Shown piece by piece: positions 1 through 12,000 of a stretch of 64,000 bases of DNA (its first letter is position 1; each line of letters starts with the position of its first letter). This DNA comes from an uncultured Planctomycetales bacterium. Its GTDB lineage: Bacteria > Omnitrophota > Gorgyraeia > Gygaellales > Profunditerraquicolaceae. Made by a program: the position numbers and the translations under genes. Below the pieces are notes generated by a model, which saw only the letters and a list, made by a program, of their open reading frames with translations, was not told the origin of the DNA and ran no database searches. The DNA is taken from NCBI GenBank assembly GCA_964603585.1, contig CAZRVK010000003.1, forward strand, positions 3,693 to 67,692. Reading direction: 5' to 3'.

Positions 1-1
1 A

Positions 2-3000
2 GGGAGTATGTTTACTTCAATAGCTCCTGTACTTATCTTAAGAGGAGTGCCAGAAGCCTTAGCCCGAGCCAAGCAAAGAGGTATAACAGTGATCATGGTG
101 TTAAAGCCGGCATATGATCTTGAGACCTCAACCCTTGAAGGAGGGTTCAGAGCCTTAACGCCGGTACTATTAGCCAAGGCATTTGAAAGAAGCATACAGG
201 AGATCACCGGAACAGCATTGAAACTACAGGACTTCTTTACTCATGTATACTTACCCAGATCGCCTAAACAGTATCATCCGCAGGTAGTTAAAGTAAAGGA
301 AAAGAGCAAGACATATAAAGTCAGCGGTAAACAGGGAGAAGTAGACCTGTTTAATGAACAGGGCAAAGCTGCAATAGATGCGATATCAGATACAGTTGCT
401 TATACCGAAGCCGCAGCAGTTATTGCAAAACTGGTCAATGACAATACCAATCTCACGCAAGAAGGCATAGATGCAAAACTCGGGAAGACTTTGAAACTTT
501 CGAAGTTCCTGCCGATGCCGGTGGTCGAGACAACGGAAGAAGAAGCGGCATATTTCGCATCGTTAGGCATTACTCCCAGGATTCTTGACCAGGATAATGA
601 TTTTATGATGTGGACAGGCAAGGTACATTTTAACCCGGACACCTTAACACAACACATCAGAGATGATGCTGCAACTCAGCTGCAGACCAGTGGGGTGAGG
701 AAATCAGAAATTGGTAAAACTAACTGGGGATATATTACTGAGAATATCGGCCAAGGCCAAGCGATAAAAATGGTATTGCTTAATGTTGTTTCTCCTGAAC
801 ATACTGCTAGAGACCAAGGGCCATTCCCTGTAGAGACTTTAATCGCTCATCTTCGTAGAAATATGCGAGATTCTTCTTGTGCTGTGCAAATTTATCTTAT
901 TGATATGCAGAAGATATTGAAGCGTCTGGAATATGAAGATAAAATCCCTGGGCAGGCAAGAAGATTCGAATTATGTTATCAAGAAATGGCAAATCTTATA
1001 GCAGATATAGAGCCTTCCGTTGTTGGTTTATCTATGAAATGGGGGTCGGTGGAACCTGCGACTACAATACTTAATAATGTGAGAGAAAGATTGCAGGCAG
1101 GTAAATATATTATACTCTTAGGAAATACTATACCAACCTTTTGCTATTATGAGCTTCTTGCAAAACCGGAATTCAAGGATGCATTTATGGTGGTAGGGGA
1201 AGGAGAAGTCCCTTCGCAAAATATTATTGAAATAGTCTGTGCAAATCGTGATACATTCGCTTTGGAAGGTCGAAGAGATATTTATAAGAGCATATCCGGT
1301 TTGGCATTTATGGCAAACGGCCAGATGATTGGGCCGCGTAGGGAATGTATGGATTTAGCCAAATTTACAATGCCACAAGGGAATGATATTAAGGATCTGT
1401 TTGAGGGTGGTGCTAGTATCCCTATAGAAGGCAGTAGGGGTTGTGCTTGGGGACATTGTACTTATTGTGCAATCCAAGGATTATTTGGCGACCCTGTCTG
1501 GAGGCCTTATAGTGTGGAAGAACTTTTAGCTAGAATAAGGTATTTTGTCAGCCGGGGGCAAAATAGATTTTATTTTATTGATGCGGAGTTTGTAGGCCCG
1601 GTTAAAACCGAAGAAGAATTTGAATCTTCAATGGAGCGGTTGGAAGAAATAGCAGATGGCCTAGAGGCGATCAATGCGGAGTTGCGGCAGCAGAAAAGAG
1701 AAGAGGTGGTTATTACCAGCATTAATGCCCGCGCAAAGGTGTTTTATAATGAGCGTGCTCCCGAAAGAAGGTCGCGCAGCAAAGCAGTATTTGAGAAACT
1801 TAAGAGAGCTCATTTTATGAAGGTGTTTATAGGCATCGAATCGGGATCTTCGGAGCAATTAAGGCGTTATGGCAAAGGTGCTACTGTCAAAGAAAACGAA
1901 GAAGCAATTAGAATGTTAAGGGATGAGATCGGTTTGGATATGGAGCCTGGTTTTATATTCTTTGACCCCGCTGCAACATTAGAAGAATTATTAGAGAATC
2001 TGGCATTTATAAAAAGAATGAGACTGTATGAACTTGATTCACGACTATTAGGGGCTTTGCGTATTCAAGAGGGTGGATCAGCGGTGCGGCTTTATAAGGA
2101 TTTGATTACAGGGAATAAAGATTTGGAAACTGTAAGTTATCCATATCGATTTAAACATCCTGAGGTAGCATATATTGAAACGGTTTTCTCGATTTGGGAA
2201 AGACAAGCGCGATATTTAGTTAAAAAACTGCATAATTTGGAGCGGGAGCATTTTGATCCTAATGCTAAGGCATTTCTTAAAGGATTTATTACTGAATTAA
2301 GAAGTATCGACTTCGAATTTATTGAAGTTTTGATTAATGCGAAGCTGTCGGGTAATAACACGGAAGACGTAGCTAGGATTTATTTGGCTAAAATGAAAGA
2401 TATCTTCGATAGATTAGGAACTGCTCTTACTGTCAATGTGGCAGGCTTTTCACTAGCTGTGATTAATACGCTAATAGAAGAAGATTTGCCGAAAGCATAT
2501 GCTGAGAACACTGTTTTTATGCAAAATATAAAAGATGTACCCCCGGAAAATGATAAGGCAGCTGAGTTGCAGACCTCCTCCTTACGTAAATCTCGCACCA
2601 CAGAAACCGACGCAGCGTTAACCGAGCTATTAAGCCTGCAGACTAAGATGCAAGAGTATGATGAACTCGCCAGAGCCGAGCAGGAATCTTTATCAGCCGC
2701 GCACGCCGCAATCGAATCGCGTGCATCGCCTGTAACTATTTCCGAAGCCACTTTTGAATATTTCACTGGCTCCGCATCGAATTATCCACAAGCTTTAAAA
2801 GATGAGCTAACTAGTCTTCAGTTCCAGTCAAGAAATCATTGGCATTACCAGTTTTTATTACAGCTTTTTGCTGGCAATCAAGATTTGTTAGATGCAGCTA
2901 TTTGGCAAGAAGCTACTAATACGAACAGGACTTTTGTCCAGGTAGTTTTAGGATGTGTGGGCGTTGGTTCTCTGCCCACTCCCCAGGAATTAGGCGTTAT

Positions 3001-6000
3001 CCGTAGGCAACCGACTGCCGGATCAGCCGCAGAGGAGTTCATCAATGAATATCTTGTAATGGGCGGCGGTGGTTTTAATACTTCCGGACCAGCCAGGTCA
3101 ATGATTGATTATTATAGAAGGTTACCTGCCGATCAGCAAGAGGAGTTCAAAGGGAGATTATTGGTTGCCGCAGCAACAGCAAGTTTTGATGATGGAGGGA
3201 ATTCATTATTTATCCAAAAGACTATTTTTGAGATGTTCGGTATTTACATGCCTGCAGTGGGAGATATGGCTAGCTTAGCATCGTTCCTTTGTTTGGATAA
3301 ATGGTTTAAGGATTATGGGCAGTATACGGATCATCCGGATTATGCCCCGACCTTAAGGCAGGCTAAGACGCAACTGATCCTTGTTAATGCAAATAGGATG
3401 GAACTAAATGGTACTTCTAGTTGTGAATCATTAATGAGAGTAAGACTTGCAGATATACATACTAAGCAGAATTTTGACAAGCCATCTAACTGGCTGACAT
3501 TTTGTTCTAACATGCTTTCAGCGGCGCGGTTAATAGATGAAACATTCTTAAGTAAAGGTAAGCTTATATCCGGTAGCGCTGCATCGGTAGGAAATATTGT
3601 TGTTTTAGCTTCGCAGTTAGCCGCAGGCACAATTCAGCATAAGGCAAGAGGGCCGTTAAATTGTAATAAACTCATGGATGCTATCGGCGGATTTGATGAT
3701 ATGTATGCTTGTTTAGCTTCATTTGATGAAGGGACAATTGTTTCAGTATTTGAAGACGGTACATTAGTTTATACACAAACCCATACCACTGACGATGAGC
3801 ATCCGGCTTTAATAGATCATCTCATGCTTTATAAGCAGCGCAGAGACGCGGTAACCGGAATCCCTGTGCTTGATGAAAAAGGAAAAGAGATTTACGATCC
3901 GATGCCGCTTGAAGAGAGGCCTCAGGCCAGTCAAGAGTTGATCAATTTAATCGATCATACCCAAAAAGCTATCTATGTAGGCGCAGGCAGCATGTTTACT
4001 TCCATTGCTCCTGTTTTAATTTTAAGAGGGGTTGCAGAAGCATTAGCTAGAGCCAAGGCAAGGGGAGTATCAGTGATATTCGTATTCAAACCATCTTATG
4101 ACCTTGAGACATCTACATTGAGTGAAAATGGGGAATTCAGGTATTTATCTCCTAAGCCTCTTGCTCAGGCAGTAGAGAAGAGCATTAAAATAATCACCGG
4201 CACCACGCTTTCATTATCGGACATGTTTAGTCACGTGTATTTACCAAGAGTCCCTAAGAAGTTTCATCCACAAACTAAGAATGTCAAGGCCAAGAGTATC
4301 GGTTTTAAGGTAGCGGCAGGAAAGGATCCGGTAACTGGAGAAAAGAGAGAAGCATATCTGTTTAGTGAACAAGGCAAAGCAGAGATTGCGAAGATTGAAG
4401 ATTCTTTGCCTTGTACAGTCACGGCTGCTAAGTTGATGGCTATTGTCAAAGTTAAAGAAAATCTCACGCCAGAAGGACTTGCCGCAAAAGAAGGCAAGAA
4501 CTTAAAGGCCAGCAAGTTCATCGCCCTTCCCGCGGTAGAGACTACCGATGCAGAAGTTGAATATTTCAGGACTCTTGGGATTATCCCCAGGATTCTTGAT
4601 AAAGATGGAGATTACTTTATCTGGACCGGTAAGGCGCACTTCATACCGGATACTATCACTGGATATGTTAGGGAAGATGCGAATAGCTTAGGCTTGCAGA
4701 CTAGTGGGGTAAGGAAGGATGCGGATAGTGCATTGATATCTTCGAAACAAGGGATCATGGATCTGGAGAAGAAGAATAATTTATGGAGAGGACATGGTCT
4801 TTTGTTAAGGAATAAACATACCAATACAGGGTTGGTTATTTTGGCCGAGTCTAAGACCGGGAAATCTAATATTGCAAACCAGGTTCTTAATCTTGATCCT
4901 AACGGGTGGGAAATAATCGCGAATGACTTTATAGAATGGACCTTCGATGGCGATACTAATTCTCTTTATGCCGGGCTGAGATTTTCAAACAAGCCATCCA
5001 TTTTTTGGTTTAGAAACGAAAGCAAAAGAAAGTATGTAAGACCCAACCATATTGATAAGAGAGAATGGGTTTTAGTTACAAAAGTATATTGTTTGGTTAA
5101 AGAAGGGCAGAGTATCGAGGATGTGTTGCGCTATAACCAGGCAGGAGGAGAAACGAGAAAACCGTTAGCAGAATTCCCAGGCATAATGGATATTGCGATT
5201 AAGATTGATGTTCCACCCCAGTTAAGCAGCGCATATTTTATTTCTGCTGCAAAAGAAATAATCACTACTTTCCCCAAAGTATTTAGCGCGAATGGTTTTG
5301 CTGAAGAGAAGATTAAAGGACTAAACCAGCTTTATAAACGCGTAGATTTTCATAAGGTTGCGGCTTTCTTATTTAAGAGGGATGGTAAGGCAGCGGTTGT
5401 AATGTTAGGTTCTGATGTTGAAAAAGATGCATTATGGGATGATAAGAATGGGATTCTTAAGGGTAATGTTGATGAGTTAACCCTTTGGATAAATCACGTT
5501 TTTGGGTTAGATCTTCGCGGATGGGAATTGATAAGGGATATAAGGAATCCACCGATTATTTTCCGTAATAGCGCAGTTTTTACAAGCTTTAACGATGATG
5601 AGCTCGGAGATGAGCTGGAAGTCGAACATTATGTATTCGCCGGCATATTTTACATTGGTGATGAAAAAATGATAGCCAAACGGGTAAAAGCGGTACAGCG
5701 GCCAGCTTTTAAAACATACGAGTACCCGGTTGACAGAGTTGATGAATTTTCCAGAGAATTGAGGTCGCGAATTTTCCCTTGCCCCAGAATAAGTACTCCT
5801 TCTGGGGAGGTTTTAGGGGTTAAGGAAGTAATATTGCGAGAGCTAGATAGTGTAAAAAAAGAGCAATTTAGCAGCCCGCAGAAGCTCAAAGAATTAATAT
5901 CCCGCTACGTAAAAGATACTCCTGGTATAAGCGATAATAATTTGCATAGTAGCGTGGAACAAATATATGCACAGTACTCCTTTGTCACAAAAGCCTTTAA

Positions 6001-9000
6001 AGAAAGACCAGATTTTGACCAGGAGATGTTGTTTAATATGGCTTTTGTATTTATGCTGTATCTGCATAGCGGTCAGCCGCGTTACCATATTGTTAAGCCT
6101 TATGCCGTGCATCCCATGGCCGTTGTTTCTAATTTAGTAATAAATTACCTATTGCCAGTGCATCCCAGCTCTGATGAAGTCGATTATTACAGTGATTTAA
6201 ACATTAGGTCAAAGGTATTTGCCGTTATTGCGGGATTTTTACATGATACTGTGGAAGATATTGCGAAGACATCGTTAGGCAGGCAGTTTGCACCAGATAA
6301 AGAAGAATCACAGGTTGAAGAGCTTCAAGAAGAGGTTTTGGAAGCGATTGAATCCGTGTTTGGGCCTGAAATTTGCTGGCTAGTACGGATTCTTTCCAAA
6401 GAATATCGTAAGGGAATAACGCCAGGAGAAAAGTTACAACGGCAGGAGCGATATGTAGAAGGTTTAATGGAAGGCCCGGTAGAGGCTCAGTTAACAAAGC
6501 TAGCGGATTGGTATAGTAATTTTGCAGAGATTGTTTCTAATCCCGCTGATAGCTATGTGTTCTCATTTGTAGAAAAAGAGTTGCCTTCAGTTTGCAACCT
6601 TATGGATGGAAATCTTGTGCTTCCCAATAGAATACAAACACGCTTTTTAAATGATTTGCTTGGTTTAAGCAGCGCTAGAAGATTAGATTTACCCGGGAAA
6701 GGCTTATTTACTGAAGAAGAATGTGGTAGAATCTTAGATATAATTTATAGTAAGCTGGGTTCAAGAAATCCTCTTCAGACTAGCGGAGTGAGGAAGGGTT
6801 TGTTGTTAGAAAAAGTATATATATCCAAGAAACTTGCGGATATTGATTTAAATACGCTTAAGAAAGAAATCCAGGCTGGTTTTACTGCAATCTGTGATAT
6901 CAAGCGCATATTTGCTGGGGTACAGACGGTTTTAGTAAAACCAAGTTTAGCAACATTAAAGAATGCACAGGATAAAACTACGACCAATCCACTTTTAGTC
7001 GAAGCGATGATTGCGGTTTTACAGGAGTATGGCATACCGAGGATTATTTTAGGTGAAGGATGTGTGGTTGGCAATGATATGCATGCTATCTTTTCACAGA
7101 CCCAAATGTACGAGATAGCGCAACGTTATGGAGTCGAACTGGTTAATTTAAATGAAGCTTCGCAAACAACATTGACGGTTCCTGGTGGGCTTATTAGCAA
7201 AGAAATAAAGGTGGCAGAAATAGCTGCTCAATGTGATTTGATTATTAATATGCCAATAATGAAAACGCACGCGGAATCGGTTATTTCGATTGCGATGAAG
7301 AATCTCAAAGGCGTATTATCCTGGGCAGTAAAGAGAAGATTTCACATGAAAGGTGTTTTTAAGAGCGTAGTTGATTTAAATAAAACATTGCCTAACCAAT
7401 TAGTAGTTGTGGATGCTATAAGGGCTATGGAAGGGTTTGGTCCTGCCCATGGAGAAGTGGTAGAAGTCGGCAGGATCGTAATTGCGGGGGATGCTTTGGC
7501 CGCAGATATTGTATGCGCGCATATCATGGGAATTCCTTGTATTGAAATACCGACTATCCAATTAGCTACTGCAGATGGATGGGGGATACAAAATCCACAG
7601 GTAGTAGGCGATGATATTGAAAACGTAAGGCATTCAATCGGCAGGCCATTTAATAGGCCGTCATATAAAGACGCTATACGTATGCCGTATGCGCATGTTG
7701 TATATGGCCAGAAAACATGTAGTGGTTGTTATGGTACTTCTTCAAATGTCTTCCAGTATCTCGATATGACAAATGGCCCTGTAGATTGGGCGAAGAGGCT
7801 AGGGGAAGATTGGAAGATCGAATTGGATTTTTATGTAGGTGATGTTATCCCTGCACATATTGAGGAGGGGCATTTAGCGGTATTGGTCGGAAATTGCGCT
7901 ATCCAAAAAGCAAAACGGCTTGGTTTGATAGAAGAGAAAGGTATTGTATTTGTGGAAGGATGTCCTCCCGATGGGCGTTCCATATTCGAAGCGATAAAAA
8001 GAGGAAAAGATATGATGCAGGATTTCCCACTTCAGACCAGTGGAATTAGGAAGAAGCTGTTCTTCGATATTCATGCCGTTCGCCGATCTTGCCTTGAATT
8101 AAGCCACCCTGATCTTACCGGTACCGGCCAGAGGATTCGCAGTAATGCTGCAAAGCTTCTACGATTTGAAAGTAGTGAAACAGGCGGGATAATCATCTTA
8201 GAAAATATCATTTCTGAGGAAGATGCAAAGATAAAATCTGATCAGCAGCCGGATTGGGATGTATTGTTTGGCGCAGTAGTCTCCAGAAATATTCTGGGTG
8301 AGAGCGAGAATTCCACAGTCCAAGAATATCAGAGAGATTTAAAATGGCTGCCGGATGATAAAGGCAGAAGAGATTTTCATGTGCATAGCAGTCTTTCGGA
8401 TGGAGCAAGGACCATCGAGGGGGTAATTAGGGAAGCCGTAAGAACAGGCACTAAGTGGATAGCAATCTCTGACCATAATACTGTTATCGGTATGGATAAG
8501 AAACTTGAATTAGGCAGTAAATACGGTGTAAATGTTATCCCTGCATGTGAGTTTGAAAGTTCCGTAACAGTCAATTCTCTCACACGGGGGACTTTATTCG
8601 GGACAAATCATATTTTAGGATATTACTTAGATTGGAATAATCCGCAAATAATTGAATTATGCAAGAATCAGCATTCTATACAGCAATTCCGTGATTTATG
8701 GCAGGCGTATATATTGCAAAGATTTATTCGTCAAATAGGCCTTCCTCTTAAGCATTTTGATACAAAGATGCCTAATGGTGAAACAGTAACGATAAATCCC
8801 TTTGACGTTGCGACATTGATACCGGTGGCGATTCAAAGAAGGATTATCGCATTTGAAGAAAATGGTTTTACAGAAGAAGCAGATAAGGCAAGGATAGTGC
8901 TTGACGGATTAACAGAGGTAGGAGCCACAAGACGTTTAAAAGGAGAATACGTTCAAGGATTGATAAGTTTAATTGAAAAAGCGCTCCAGAATGAAGGGCA

Positions 9001-12000
9001 GTATCAATTATCAGCCGAAGAGAGAGCTCTTATATATAAGCTTTTTGAGTATGCTGATCTTAGCGTTTTATGGCAGGCAAAAAGTGTTTTAGCTTCGTAT
9101 CTTAGAGAGACTAATAAATTAGACACGACAGATATTTATGTTCAAGATATCGCAGGTATTTTTGGGGCTGAAGAAAGATGTAATGTTACTTATGCTACAG
9201 CAGAAGAAGTGGTAGGGAATATAAGAAAATCTGGAGGCGTTGCGGTTTATGCGCATCCAGGTTGGTACTTTGCCAATATTTTCCGTGAGCTCGGAATTCA
9301 AGAGACCTTGGATGGTGTCGCAGGCTTGATTGAAGGAATCAATCATAATACCCAGGGAGGTATTTCGGGAATAGAGGTTTATTATCCTTTTCAAGACCGG
9401 CTTAAGGGCGTTGATGATATTGCTGGAGAAAAGCAAGAATCGACAAAAGTAAAGTATTTTAGAGAAGTCGCCGAGAAATTAGGAATGTTTAGTACTTCCG
9501 GAGTAGATTGGCATAAAGGTAATAATGAGTTTGAGCATATGTCTACAGGGAGGAATTATAATCTTCATGCTTCTTACAGAATGGTCCTGGATATTCAGTG
9601 GGCTGCTAAGAATAGCCAGGTTATTCTTCAAACTTCATCGCTTCGCAAATCGCCCATTTTACAAAACAGTGTTCATATAGGCGGGCATGGTGAAGGATTA
9701 GGTTCTGTTTTTATTTTGCCCGAGAAGAAAACGCTTTCAGGATTTAGTCTTGATAACGGTGGATTTTTTAAGACATTTTTCCGAAATAGTCGAGGGGATG
9801 AATTTCGTAAGCAGCGTGCTAAAGCGCAGGAAGTCTTTGGATTTGTTCCTTACGGCAGTGTCCCGGTATCTTTGCTTGGCCGTGCTCCTCCCAGATTACG
9901 CATTATTCCTGTTTCTTCAAGACCAGCGAATATCAGAGTTGTCGCAGGACTTGTGGCAAAGATCGCGGCTGGCTTAAAACAAAGTTTGCCTACCGGAATA
10001 AAAATAGAGATAGCTGAACCCGCGTTATGCGACGATCTGTTCACAGCAATATCTGTCCCTTATTTAGTTTATCGGCATCAATATGCTTTACCGTATAGCA
10101 TAGAATCAGTATCTGCCGAAATCCCCACTTTAATTATTACTGATTCCGATCTGACTGGTTTCGGTCCTCAGGGGGAGATAAAAAATTATCTTTTTGGCAG
10201 GACATATCCCGCCAATAATATTACTATTACATCGCTTTTTAGATTTCAGCATCATGATAAAAAAGTTCTTCTTGGCAGGAATATTAAGAACGCGCTTCAT
10301 GAAATTGGACATTTGTTTGGATTAGGAACCAGCCGTGCGCGCCTAAGCGCTATGCAACATTGCGCTGATTTGAGGTGCGCGATGCACTTTACTGTTAATG
10401 TAGAAGAGCTCGATAAGGTTAACACTCGTTTTTGTAAAGCATGCAGCGCAGCTCTTGAACAACTGGGTGTAGTCCGTTCAGGCCGTTCTCTTGACAATGG
10501 CGGCACCGAGGAGAATGCGCTTACTTTCCCCAGGGTTAACCCGACAACAGCTAAGTCTTGGAATAAGCTAAAGGCACTTTTTGAGCGGATGAAGAAGGTA
10601 CATATGCTTGATATGTTTAACGCTGACCCAGAGCGCTTTAAGAAGTTTTCCATTCGTTTCGAAGATATGCTGGTAGATTTCTCAAAGAACATAATTGATG
10701 AAGAAGTTTTAACTGAACTTCTTAATTTAGCCCAAGAGGTTGGGCTTGGCGATGCCATTGAGGCAATGTTTACCGGCGCCAAGATCAATGGGACGGAAGG
10801 CAGAGCGGTTCTTCATACAGCTTTAAGGAATCTTTCGAATACTCCGGTTTATGTGGATGGCGAAGATGTAATGCCTAAGGTCAACCGTGTTTTAGCTCAG
10901 ATGGAAGAGTTCTCTGGAAAAGTTATATCCGGGGAGTGGGTGGGCTATACCGGGAAAGCAATTACAGATATTGTCAATATCGGTATCGGCGGCTCAGACT
11001 TAGGGCCGGTGATGGTAAAAGAAGCTTTAAAACAATATTCTGCGCGTAAAGGTTTAAGAGTGCATTTTGTGTCTAATGTGGACGGAACGCATATCGCAGA
11101 AATCCTCGCAGGCCTTGATCCCCAGACAACCCTGGTTATTATTGCTTCAAAGACCTTTACCACCCAAGAGACTATGAAAAATGCCAATACGGCTAAGGCA
11201 TGGTTCTTAGAAGAAGCAAAAGATAAAGAGCATATTAAGAAGCATTTTGTGGCAGTTTCTACAGCCAAAGAAGAAGTCCAGAAGTTTGGTATTGATACCG
11301 CGAATATGTTTGAGTTCTGGGATTGGGTGGGAGGAAGGTATTCTGTCTGGTCGGCAATCGGGCTTTCCGTGGCATGTTATATCGGTTTCGATAATTTTAA
11401 GCAGTTGCTTGCTGGCGCGCATGCTATGGATAAGCATTTCAGGAATACACCGTTTAACCGGAATATTCCTGTGATCTTGGCTTTATTAGGTGTCTGGTAC
11501 AATAATTTCTTTGAAGCCCAGACCCAGGCGATTCTTCCTTACGATCAACACTTACACCGTTTTGCCGCTTATTTCCAGCAGGGAGATATGGAGTCAAACG
11601 GCAAATATGTCGACCGTAACGGGAATCCGGTCGATTATCAAACTGGTCAGATTATTTGGGGTGAACCAGGAACAAATGGCCAGCATGCTTTTTATCAATT
11701 AATCCATCAGGGGACAAAAATAATACCCGCTGATTTTATTGCTTTTGCTCAAAGAAGCAATCAAGATTTTGATAAAGACCCAGAACTGAAGGCGTGTTTA
11801 GACGAACATCATAGAATATTCCTTTCCAATTTCTTTGCCCAGACCGAAGCTTTGATGAAAGGCAAATCTGCCGAAGAAGTCAGAGAAGATTTTAAGAAGG
11901 AAAATGCCAAAAGAAAAGCTAAAGGCCAAAAAGAGTTAACCGAAGAGGAGATCGTTCGGCTTACTCCTTTCAAAGTTTTTAAAGGCAACCGGCCAACTAA

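Noticed and set aside
8-10. ATG at nt 8 preceded by AGGGAG as the start of the gene
   Set aside because: The AGGGAG-to-ATG spacing is only 1 nt. The identical G-S-M-F-T-S context recurs internally at 3985-4002 inside the open frame, so this Met is the first residue of a repeated internal domain.
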